A stretch of DNA of 10,856 bases from the NCBI GenBank assembly GCA_036679605.1, contig JAZDCZ010000369.1, positions 1-10,856 of the forward strand, read 5' to 3'. Source of the DNA: Gemmatimonadota bacterium. Its GTDB lineage: Bacteria; Gemmatimonadota; Gemmatimonadetes; Gemmatimonadales; GWC2-71-9. This document shows, in pieces, positions 1-7,446 of the stretch (the first letter of the stretch is position 1; each line of letters opens with the position of its first letter). A program made the translations under genes and the position numbers. The notes beneath the pieces are model-generated. The model saw only the letters and a list, made by a program, of their open reading frames with translations, made no database searches and was not told the origin of the DNA.

Positions 1-111
1 GAGGGGATCAACAACAAGATCAAGGTCATCAAACGAATGGCCTACGGCTTCCGGGATGACGACTATTTCTTCTTGAAGATTCGTGCAGCGTTCCCCGGAA
101 TTACCGGATGA
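1..111 (+). CDS. ISL3-family transposase, C-terminal end (partial, runs off the left edge)
   Basis: Frame 1 reads EGINNKIKVIKRMAYGFRDDDYFFLKIRAAFPGITG*, matching the EGxNNKIKxxKRxAYGFR C-terminal signature of ISL3 (DDE_Tnp_ISL3) transposases; TGA at 109-111. Confidence 0.93.
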   Translation, partial: EGINNKIKVIKRMAYGFRDDDYFFLKIRAAFPGITG

Positions 112-114
112 ACC
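1..114 (+). mobile_element. Right end of an ISL3-family insertion sequence; terminal IR ends at about 114
   Basis: The element ends ...CCGGATGAACC (reverse complement GGTTCATCC..., a typical ISL3 GG(C/T)TC terminus) with the transposase stop inside the IR. It is followed by T-rich CTTTTCTT (115-122), a candidate 8-bp target duplication. The left end is outside the window. Confidence 0.8.
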
Positions 115-143
115 CTTTTCTTGCCCTACAATGTCTGCGACTC

Positions 144-1280
144 TTATACCTGCTCTGTGTCGTACATCTCGGCATTCGTCTTGGTTCGCTTCATCAGTGT
201 GCGGAGGGTGTTCATCGCATCCAACGGTGACGCGTTCCCCAGTTCCCGGCGTAACGTGTGAGACAACGCCAAGGTTTGCTCATCTAGTAAGAGTTCTTCG
301 CGCCGCGTAGAGCTCGCGCTCAAGTCTATGGCAGGATAAATCCGTCTGTCGGCCATGTCACGATCCAAGACCAACTCACTGTTACCCGTACCTTTGAACT
401 CCTCGAAGATCACTTGATCCATTCGAGACCCCGTGTCGATGAGAGCGGTGGCAATAATCGTAAGCGATCCACCTCCACCCCCTTCATCGACATTGCGCGC
501 ACTGCCTAGAAAACGCTTCGGTTTCTCGAGCGACGTAGCATCGAGTCCACCCGTCAACGTCCTTCCACTACCTGCCTGAGCCGTGTTGTAAGCTCGCGCC
601 AGCCTCGTAATCGAATCGAGAATGATCACGACATGGTCACCCAGCTCAACCCTGCGACGTGCCCGCTCCAAGGTGATTTCGGCGATCGCGATGTGACGGT
701 CGGCTGGGTAATCGAAGCTGGAGGCAATGACCTCCCCGAAACCACAGTTCTCCATCTCCGTGACCTCTTCCGGCCGTTCGTCGACTAAGAGAATGAAGAG
801 AGTACACTCGGGACTGTTGGCGACTATACCCTGGGCAATCGCCTGGAGCACCATGGTCTTGCCGGCTTTGGCCGGTGCCACTATCAAGGTTCTCTGCCCC
901 TTCCCAAACGGGCAGAAAAGATCGATCACACGATTTGTATAGTCGACCTCTCCCAACCTTACCAGGTCACATTCTAGCTTCATCTGTTCTTTGGGATGCA
1001 GGGCCCGCAGGCTAGTGAAGTCCGCTCGCCGTTTCATCGTCTCGGGTGGTTTCCCGTTCACCGTTTCGAGTTGAGTGAGTGGCTTGTTCTTTCCCCTTCC
1101 CGAAGGCTTCCCCACCTGGCCGGTTATCTCGTCACCGGTCCTCAATCCAAACTTCTGTATCAGCCGAGGTCCTACGAAGATGTCGTTGCGCCCAGGCAAG
1201 TAACCTGAGGCGCGGCGGCGAATGAAACCCGCCCGACTGCCCAGCACTTCCAGGACTCCCAGCGACTCAGAGTCACTCAT
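144..1280 (-). CDS. rho: Transcription termination factor Rho homologue (short form, 378 aa)
   Basis: OB-fold GVLEVL..GFIR..YLPGRNDIFV..FGLRTGD; Walker A APAKAGKT; LLVDERPEEVT; Walker B ILDSITRLARAYN; SGRTLTGG; EEFKGTGNSEL; SSTRREELL. GGAG lies 8 nt upstream of the ATG; an in-frame TAG at 1326-1328 prevents N-terminal extension. Confidence 0.96.
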   Translation of the reverse strand: MSDSESLGVLEVLGSRAGFIRRRASGYLPGRNDIFVGPRLIQKFGLRTGDEITGQVGKPSGRGKNKPLTQLETVNGKPPETMKRRADFTSLRALHPKEQMKLECDLVRLGEVDYTNRVIDLFCPFGKGQRTLIVAPAKAGKTMVLQAIAQGIVANSPECTLFILLVDERPEEVTEMENCGFGEVIASSFDYPADRHIAIAEITLERARRRVELGDHVVIILDSITRLARAYNTAQAGSGRTLTGGLDATSLEKPKRFLGSARNVDEGGGGGSLTIIATALIDTGSRMDQVIFEEFKGTGNSELVLDRDMADRRIYPAIDLSASSTRREELLLDEQTLALSHTLRRELGNASPLDAMNTLRTLMKRTKTNAEMYDTEQV

Positions 1281-1285
1281 ACGTA

Positions 1286-1311
1286 GAACTCCGCCGAGTT
1301 CGTGTCGGCAG
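1286..1311 (-). promoter_or_regulatory. Two overlapping hairpins over the rho ribosome-binding site
   Basis: On the mRNA, GAACUC-ggcg-GAGUUC (1286-1301) covers the GGAG SD. CUGCCGA-cacgaac-UCGGCGG (1291-1311, one G-U pair) is mutually exclusive with it. Confidence 0.35.
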
Positions 1312-1371
1312 CAGAATTTCCATAGCTAGACCTATTTGATTGACATTACTTTGTGGATTGCAGCGTTCACC

Positions 1372-1626
1372 TCAGCCGCGATCGTCGTACCAATACTCCT
1401 GGGCGAACTTTTCCATGCGTCGCCCGGTAAGAAACAGCCAGGGAATAGAAGCGGAAACGCACATCCTCGGCAAAACTGAGACCCTCTTTAGCTCCGACCA
1501 CTCCAAGAGCGGCCCGCCGATGGAACACAAGACCTGTGACCGGCCCTGCAACCCATACAATCGGCACGAGGAACGCATAAGTCAATCCTGCGCCCAATCT
1601 CCCTGCGGGGCAAGGGATTTGGTCAT
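1372..1626 (-). pseudogene. Possible frameshifted small membrane protein remnant
   Basis: LTYAFLVPIVWVAGPVTGLVF...EDVRFRFYS joins WLFLTGRRMEKFAQEYWYDDRG* if one base of the run at 1441-1443 is removed. The ATG at 1624-1626 would need a second frameshift. No family recognised. Confidence 0.25.
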
Positions 1627-1647
1627 CGCAGTATCGGCGAGGCCGAG

Positions 1648-4323
1648 CTAGTTCCCCACCTTCGCCTTCAACTCCTCGAAGAAGTTCTCGACCACGATCA
1701 ACTCGGTCGCATCGACTGCTTCCCCTGCCCCTGCGGGGCGGTAAGTGATGAACCGCTGATCATCACTCGAAACGTCGTATCGTGCGTTCGGAAAGTAGTT
1801 GGCGAGTCCAGCCGGGAACGTGAAGAGCACACGACGCTCCACCACAGTGAAAGTCGGTTCCGTTCTAACGGTCGCTGCTACCAATGCCCGCGCCGGGTTC
1901 TTGTAGAACAGTTCTTGTCCGCTGTGCGCCCATCTAGGCTCCACGCCACCCTCGGTAGAGACCTGCCGTTTCGTGTCTGCCACGTTCGGGAATGATCGAA
2001 CGTATACCTCAGCACGTCCCGATTCGTCCGAGACATATGCCAGCCAATGCCCGTCCGGCGACAATGTTGGCGCAGCCTCACGGAACTCCTCAGTCAACAG
2101 CGCCACCGGAACGCTGTCTTTGCCTGGCCGGATGGCGTAAACATCCAGTGCATCAGTACGAAACACCAACCATTGCCCATCGCTCGACCAGAGCCCCTCG
2201 GCAAGGTCTCGGTCTAAATCCAGCAGCACGTCAGCCGGACCAGTGCCGTCCGCACGGTTTACGAAAAGGGCGTATGAAAGACCAACGTCAGACCTGTACA
2301 CCACAGACAGGCCGTCAGGACTCCACGCCGGGCGGATGTTGAAAGCACCATCAAACGTGAGGCGGGAAAATGGGCCATCGATGTCCTTGATCCATATGTC
2401 CGATCCCTCCGATCCCACCACGCCGACGGCGAACCGAGTTCCGTCGGGTGAGAGCACCGGCCCGCTCGATGTGTTTGGATTGATTGTCCACCCCGACTCA
2501 ATCGTGGTCGTTCTGCCAGCCCGATCCACCCAAACGACTTCCACTAGGCCGGAAGCCTGACCACTTGTCGAGTACACGAGCCGGCCGCTCGGGGACAGTG
2601 CAAGATCAGGCCCTGGTTCGACCGGCATCCCTGCGAGGAGCGGAACGGGGGGTCCTGTCAACACGAGCTTGTCCTGATCAAACGGCGCGGCCAGCAGGGA
2701 ACCGTCGTATCGCACGAATACGAGGTGACCTGCCACGTACCTACCAAGGAGACCCCGCACCAACGGACGGTGTTCACCCGTTGCGAGGTCCACCACCGCC
2801 ACATCATCATTCTCGCTGGCCTGGTTGGTCGTCCGCATCACGGTGAATAGCACCCCTCTGCTACTCGGGAGCGCGTCGGGCCACGAGTGGCTCAACTCTC
2901 CTTGCGCGGTGTCGAGTGTCGTTACCTGCTCTGCCTCACCGCCAGCAGCCGGTATCCGTGACAATGCGCTCCCGTATTGTTGCAAGCCTACATACAGATA
3001 GCCGTCCGCGCCCCATGACCCGCCGTTGCGCCAAAGTCCCGAATCAGCGACGGCGAACGGTGGCCGGCCGGTGAGCGAGACCACCTTGAGTTCACGAGCG
3101 CCCGTAATGAATCCCACCCGCTGCCCGTCGGGGGAAAAGAACGGCTGCCAGACTCCCTCGGTGCCGGGTACTGGACTGCCATGTAGTTGGTCACGCTCCC
3201 GCAACCAGAGTTGGCTCGCTCCCTCACTCGTACCAACGTATGCGAGAAGCGAACCGTCGGGGGACAGCGCGGCAGAGGGACCGTAGACAGAAAGGAACGC
3301 CTCCTCCTCGCCAAAGGCCATGCTGTAACGGATGATGGGCTTCGGTGTCTCGGCTTGCGGCCGCAGCCAGCCCCACAGAGCAACGATGCCGAGCAACGCC
3401 GCGAAGGCAGCGAAAGGCACCGCAAACCGCTGTCGCCAATCAGGTGCCGCCGCACCCACCACGGCCGCCTGCGTCGTGGGCAGCGTGAACGCAACGTTTG
3501 TCAGCGCCTCCGCAAACTTCGCCGCACTCTCGAACCGATCTGCCGCCAATCTCTCCAATGACTTCGCCGTAGCCGCCGCAACGTGTGGTGGCACTGACTT
3601 GCGCAACTCCGTGACCGGGCGTGCGTCATCGGTCACGATCTTCATGATGATCGCTTGCGCCGAGTTGCCCATGTGCGGCGGCTCGCCCGTCAACATCTCA
3701 TACAGCACACTGCCGAGGGAGTAAATGTCCGACCGCGCGGTGAGATCCTTCTCCGCTGTCGCCTGTTCGGGACTCATGTAGTGCGGTGTGCCAAGACTGA
3801 GACCCGTCTCGGTCATCCGCCCACCTGCCGCCGCGCTCACTGCCAGTGCAATGCCGAAGTCCGCCACCATAGGGCGGCCCTCGTGCAGCAGGATGTTCTC
3901 TGGCTTTATGTCTCGATGGATGACGTTCTGCCGATGGGCGTAGTCGAGCGCGTCCGCGATGGCGGTGGTGATGTTGACCGCTTCCTCGATGCCGAGTTGG
4001 GTTTCGCGGTTGAGCTTGTCCCGCAGCGTCTCGCCGTCGATGAACGGCATGACGTAATAAAGGAAAGAATCCGCCTCGCCCGAATCGAACAGCGGCAAAA
4101 TGTGCGGGTGTTGAAGGTTGGCGGTGGTCGTGATCTCCTGCACGAAACGTTCAGCGCCAAGCACCGCTGCGAGTTCGGGGCGGAGCACCTTCACCGCCAC
4201 CTTGCGCTTGTGCTTCAAGTCCTCGGCGAGGTAGACCGTCGCCATGCCACCTTCACCAAGATGGCGTTCGATCCTGTAGCGGTCCGCGAGGGCGGTCGAG
4301 AGATTGGACGTGATTTCGGTCAT
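1648..4323 (-). CDS. Membrane Ser/Thr (Hanks-type) protein kinase with C-terminal TolB/PD40-like beta-propeller region
   Basis: GEGGMATV, VAVK, HRDIKPEN, DFG, GTPHYMSPEQ, SDIYSLG; TM segment FAVPFAAFAALLGIVALWGWL; repeated (L/F/W)SPDG motifs (ALSPDGSLLAY, FFSPDGQRV, AWSPDGLSV, LSPDGHWLAY); C-terminal LIVVENFFEELK. Confidence 0.96.
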   Translation of the reverse strand: MTEITSNLSTALADRYRIERHLGEGGMATVYLAEDLKHKRKVAVKVLRPELAAVLGAERFVQEITTTANLQHPHILPLFDSGEADSFLYYVMPFIDGETLRDKLNRETQLGIEEAVNITTAIADALDYAHRQNVIHRDIKPENILLHEGRPMVADFGIALAVSAAAGGRMTETGLSLGTPHYMSPEQATAEKDLTARSDIYSLGSVLYEMLTGEPPHMGNSAQAIIMKIVTDDARPVTELRKSVPPHVAAATAKSLERLAADRFESAAKFAEALTNVAFTLPTTQAAVVGAAAPDWRQRFAVPFAAFAALLGIVALWGWLRPQAETPKPIIRYSMAFGEEEAFLSVYGPSAALSPDGSLLAYVGTSEGASQLWLRERDQLHGSPVPGTEGVWQPFFSPDGQRVGFITGARELKVVSLTGRPPFAVADSGLWRNGGSWGADGYLYVGLQQYGSALSRIPAAGGEAEQVTTLDTAQGELSHSWPDALPSSRGVLFTVMRTTNQASENDDVAVVDLATGEHRPLVRGLLGRYVAGHLVFVRYDGSLLAAPFDQDKLVLTGPPVPLLAGMPVEPGPDLALSPSGRLVYSTSGQASGLVEVVWVDRAGRTTTIESGWTINPNTSSGPVLSPDGTRFAVGVVGSEGSDIWIKDIDGPFSRLTFDGAFNIRPAWSPDGLSVVYRSDVGLSYALFVNRADGTGPADVLLDLDRDLAEGLWSSDGQWLVFRTDALDVYAIRPGKDSVPVALLTEEFREAAPTLSPDGHWLAYVSDESGRAEVYVRSFPNVADTKRQVSTEGGVEPRWAHSGQELFYKNPARALVAATVRTEPTFTVVERRVLFTFPAGLANYFPNARYDVSSDDQRFITYRPAGAGEAVDATELIVVENFFEELKAKVGN

Positions 4324-4334
4324 GGGGCTAAGAT
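4288..4334 (-). repeat. Kinase head repeat, copy 1 (-10 box plus first 12 codons of the intact kinase)
   Basis: 42/47 nt identical by hand alignment to 4799-4845 (offset 511); 4177-4323 matches 10457-10603 at 122/147 with no gaps (offset 6280). Confidence 0.9.
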
Positions 4335-4335
4335 G
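4330..4335 (-). promoter_or_regulatory. Candidate -10 box of a leaderless transcript
   Basis: CATCTT-agcccc-ATG: a 6-nt gap to the start codon and no SD. The same geometry occurs at 4841-4846 and 10610-10615. Confidence 0.55.
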
Positions 4336-4392
4336 CAGCGTACTGCCTCAGCTGGCCAGCACCCAGCCCAGACGATACCCACTTCACCCGGC

Positions 4393-4753
4393 TCACCGCT
4401 TCACGGCAACGCCTTGCACCTCGAACCGGGCTTCGAAAAGCAACGTACCGGCACCGATGAAGGCCCTCGCTGGAAACTCTCTCGTGAAATACGTGCGATA
4501 AACCGCATTGAACGCAGCGTAGTATGCAACGTCGGAGCAAAACACCTGCACCGACACGAGGTCGTCCATCGTCGATGGTTCCAGACAGATACAGCGTGTT
4601 GCCCACCAGCACCGCGCCGCTAAATGGCAGTGCGGTCGAATCGGTCGCGGACCGTGCGTTGATGTAGCGTCGTACCTCCTGCGCCGACAGGTCAGCGGAG
4701 ACGGCCGAGACCAACATGACCGAAACGAACGCTGCAAATGTTTGGCACCTCAT
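4393..4753 (-). pseudogene. RidA/YjgF/UK114-family protein with N-terminal signal peptide; internal deletion and frameshift
   Basis: Strong SD AAGGAGGT before ATG 4753. Codons 1-60 give a signal-like MRCQTFAAFVSVMLVSAVSADLSA-QE then LPFSGAVLVGNTLYLSGTI. After one extra base (4573) the next frame gives TMDDLVSVQVFCSD...FNAVYRTYF...FPARAFIG...RFEVQGVAVKR*. The segment normally between LSGxx and xDxxV is absent. The total of 361 nt is not a multiple of 3. Confidence 0.9.
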
Positions 4754-4780
4754 AACTCGTACCTCCTTAGTTGGGAAGAT

Positions 4781-4834
4781 TCAAACCTGCTGCTGCTTGA
4801 GGGCGGTCGAGAGCCGGGACGTGATCTCGGGCAT
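4781..4834 (-). pseudogene. Orphan kinase 5' stub forming a 17-aa mini-ORF, MPEITSRLSTAL-KQQQV*
   Basis: The first 12 codons (4799-4834) are 35/36 identical to 10568-10603 and 31/36 to 4288-4323. Homology stops abruptly after STAL; TGA at 4781-4783. Confidence 0.85.
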
Positions 4835-4840
4835 GGGGCT

Positions 4841-4846
4841 AAGATA
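4841..4846 (-). promoter_or_regulatory. Candidate -10 box (leaderless) of the stub, pointing at the RidA gene
   Basis: TATCTT-agcccc-ATG; ATCTTAGCCCCATG is identical to the start region of the intact kinase. Confidence 0.6.
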
Positions 4847-4925
4847 TGCCGCGAGGCCAACCACCGCGAGGTTACAGCACTGGCACGTAACGAAGGGGGA
4901 TCACGTTAGCGGATACGCCGCCGAT

Positions 4926-4953
4926 TTGACGGGCATTAGTATTTGTGTACAAT
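4926..4953 (+). promoter_or_regulatory. Sigma70-type promoter for the zinc-ribbon kinase
   Basis: TTGACG (4926-4931), 16-nt spacer, TACAAT (4948-4953), 48 nt upstream of ATG 5002. Confidence 0.6.
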
Positions 4954-5001
4954 TGGTTGGGCGCAGCCCGTTTCAATCACCCGAAAAACAGACTCGACAG
5001 C

Positions 5002-6555
5002 ATGGCGAAAACCTGTCCGAACTGTGGTGCTTCCTTTCAAGACGATCAACTGTTTTGTTCCCACTGCGGAGCCGCTTCGAGTGAGGCCGAAACGGTAGTA
5101 ACGGGTGAAAACGCTGGCAGAGTGACTCCACAAATTGGAGATTTGGAGAAGAAACTTTCCGAGGCGCTCGCACCGAATTATTTACTGATCAAGAAGTTGG
5201 GTGAAGGTGGCATGGGTAGTGTGTTCCTGGCCCGTGATCCGGCACTGAAGCGGATGGTGGCCGTGAAGCTCCTGTCTAGGGAATTTGCGGTGATGCCGGA
5301 GCCGAAGAAACGATTCCAAAGGGAGGCGGAAGCCGTTGCTGCCATTACACATCCCAACGTCATATCTATTCATGGTGTGGGAAACTTGGCTGATGGCACA
5401 CCCTACTTCGTTATGCAATATATCGATGGAAGGGATCTGGCTCAGGTACTGGAAGAGGACGGCGTTTTAGATAACACTTCCGCGTCGAGGATTCTTGGTG
5501 CGGTTGCGTCTGGTCTTGCGGCTGCACACAAGAGCGGGATCATTCACAGAGACATCAAACCCGCCAACATTCTATTGAACAAGACCGGTATGGTTCTTGT
5601 CTCCGATTTCGGTATTGCTGCAATAGATGATGCAAAACTGGAACGCACCGCGACGAAATTGACCAGTGTGGGGATGTCGCTTGGAACACCAACATACATG
5701 AGTCCCGAACAACTGACCGCGGACGAGATTACTACGGCAACTGATGTTTATAGCTTGGGCGCCATGGGTTTCGAGATGGTTGCCGGGCGCCCTCCTTTTG
5801 TCGGTGGGACTCCGCACGAGCTAATTGCTGCAAAACTCAGGGACCCTGTTCCAAGGTTGTCGAAACTTGAACGGTCGGTCACACCGGAGTACGAACAGAC
5901 GATAACTCGGTGCCTGACAACCGAACCAAGTATACGTCCAACCGCAATCGATGTCGCCGATCGTCTGAGCAGGATGGTGACTTCGGATCTGCGGACCAAG
6001 TGGCTAGGAACCGCACTTTTGGTAGGTGTGGCTGCTCTAATATGGGTGACCTTGGGTGCACGGTGGGTGATCGAAACCACGGCAAACGCTCGTGAGGCAA
6101 GCCGTACCGGGGGAGAGGTTAATGAATTTGCGGATGGCGTCAGTTTCGCGGTAGGCAATTTTGTCGTACCCGTGGGGGTCATGGCCGCGTTTTTCCTCGC
6201 ACTTACAATCCTGGGCCTCACAATCCACATGAGGCGATTGGGGCTACAGCATCGCAATTTTGGGAAAATGATGAGGTTCGGTTTTGCTCTTCCGGGGCCT
6301 TGGGGCATCTTTTCCATTGGGCTTGGCGCAGTGGTCCTCAGCGTGGTGCCCCTAATCTTTGTCATACCGGTTCTTCAGAGAATGTCTGCCGCTGCCGGTC
6401 TTACCCTGCCACTTTCAATGCGGTTATATATTGGCTGGTCAGATTTCCTTCAGAATTGGTGGGTACGGCTGGCGGTGGCGGCCATCGTTCTATTTGTCGC
6501 AGTACTGGTGCGGAGGAGGTCGTCTCCGAAGCAGGGTGGTCGTGCGACACGCTGA
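5002..6555 (+). CDS. Ser/Thr protein kinase with N-terminal zinc ribbon and about 4 C-terminal TM segments
   Basis: MAKTCPNCG...FCSHCG zinc ribbon; GEGGMGSV, VAVK, HRDIKPAN, DFG, GTPTYMSPEQ, TDVYSLG; hydrophobic tail. ATG 5002 is preferred over GTG 4945, which lies inside the predicted promoter. Confidence 0.94.
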   Translation: MAKTCPNCGASFQDDQLFCSHCGAASSEAETVVTGENAGRVTPQIGDLEKKLSEALAPNYLLIKKLGEGGMGSVFLARDPALKRMVAVKLLSREFAVMPEPKKRFQREAEAVAAITHPNVISIHGVGNLADGTPYFVMQYIDGRDLAQVLEEDGVLDNTSASRILGAVASGLAAAHKSGIIHRDIKPANILLNKTGMVLVSDFGIAAIDDAKLERTATKLTSVGMSLGTPTYMSPEQLTADEITTATDVYSLGAMGFEMVAGRPPFVGGTPHELIAAKLRDPVPRLSKLERSVTPEYEQTITRCLTTEPSIRPTAIDVADRLSRMVTSDLRTKWLGTALLVGVAALIWVTLGARWVIETTANAREASRTGGEVNEFADGVSFAVGNFVVPVGVMAAFFLALTILGLTIHMRRLGLQHRNFGKMMRFGFALPGPWGIFSIGLGAVVLSVVPLIFVIPVLQRMSAAAGLTLPLSMRLYIGWSDFLQNWWVRLAVAAIVLFVAVLVRRRSSPKQGGRATR

Positions 6556-6681
6556 CGAGACCATAGAAATCGAGTTACTTCCGATTGGCACGGTCTCCAT
6601 GAGTTGTTCCAGTTCCGCGCCCCCAGACTCAGGAACCGCCAGCCAACTCAGCAGCCAATCCCATTATGAACCCGCACCACT

Positions 6682-7446
6682 TCATCTGATTAGTCCGGAT
6701 ATCGCATAGAGTCCTAACCGAGCATCGAGCGTCCCAGAAATGAAGAACGCTAACTTCACTCTATTACGTTGCTTAATAGATCCGTCTTCCATTACTCCCA
6801 CTTCACGACGGTTGAACCTGACACCCATCTGTAGGTCCATGCCGCCCTCCTCGGCGAGCAGATCCCAGGTTCCTAATACCTTTTTTATCCAGGGAAGGTG
6901 CGACACGACGTGGAGTGCCGACGCACCGAGGTAGAACCTACGGGTGGGTTCAATGAAAGATGTGCCAGCGGCGAGCCGCAGCCAATTCCAACTCGGTACC
7001 AAGGCCCAGTTGACACCTATCCACGTATCGACGTCAATCTTTTCCACTGTCGGATCGATGGTCGTCACGGTCACCGTGTCCCCCTCTTTGAACGCGTCGA
7101 AGTCGGCGGCATTCGGTACGATCGCGAATCCGCCTATCAAACGCGCAGGGTATCGTGCGCGCCCGTGTAGTTCAGCCAGGAGCTTACCAATACGAGCCCG
7201 GACCAACTGATGGCCCAGTTGGTTACCCATTCTCCAGTACGTCGAAGCCACGCAAACCGGGGTGGTCACCTTCTGGTTGGAGTTGTTCGTGTATGTGACG
7301 GCGTCCGAACGCGCCTGAGTGCTGTCCGGAACCATCGTACCGCCTCCCAGCGCCCCTCTGAGAGGATTAGTGGTTTGGGGGATGTGATTGTTGGTTTCTG
7401 TGACAATGCCAGGGCGATCATACTCGGCGTGGACCCACGTCGACAT
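6682..7446 (-). CDS. Hypothetical protein (254 aa), beta-strand-rich C-terminal half; may be 5'-truncated
   Basis: Longest ORF in the interval, with alternating amphipathic stretches (TWIGVNW, LRLAAGTS, FYLGAS, MDLQMGVRF, AFFISGTLD). No signal peptide; AGGAG is only 3 nt from the ATG. Family not recognised. Confidence 0.6.
   Translation of the reverse strand: MSTWVHAEYDRPGIVTETNNHIPQTTNPLRGALGGGTMVPDSTQARSDAVTYTNNSNQKVTTPVCVASTYWRMGNQLGHQLVRARIGKLLAELHGRARYPARLIGGFAIVPNAADFDAFKEGDTVTVTTIDPTVEKIDVDTWIGVNWALVPSWNWLRLAAGTSFIEPTRRFYLGASALHVVSHLPWIKKVLGTWDLLAEEGGMDLQMGVRFNRREVGVMEDGSIKQRNRVKLAFFISGTLDARLGLYAISGLIR

Noticed and set aside
1340..1345. Perfect TTGACA on the plus strand
   Set aside because: No -10 box at 16-18 nt and no credible plus-strand gene downstream.
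1595..1622. Imperfect hairpin downstream of the long kinase
   Set aside because: Mismatched stem without a U-tract; weak terminator candidate.
3655..4623. 322-aa plus-strand ORF
   Set aside because: Antisense shadow of the kinase and RidA genes; the same shadow peptide recurs opposite the stub at 10427-10645.
4328..4737. The 141-aa and 114-aa ORFs as two genes, or as a programmed frameshift
   Set aside because: They are the two halves of one RidA gene. There is no slippery sequence and a conserved internal segment is missing, so frameshifting would not restore the protein.
4855..6609. Integron-cassette-like boundaries around the zinc-ribbon kinase: GTTAGCG at 4905-4911 and near-complementary CGCTGAC containing the stop (6550-6556), followed by a GAGACC...GGTCTC hairpin
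   Set aside because: The R'' box lacks the invariant AAC, the L-box pairing register does not fit, no GTTRRRY occurs at the expected distance and no integrase is in the window. An IntegronFinder attC covariance hit would reverse this.
6600..6650. Imperfect inverted repeat TGAGTTG...CAACTCA between convergent genes
   Set aside because: Large internal loops and no U-tract on either strand; cannot be called a terminator.
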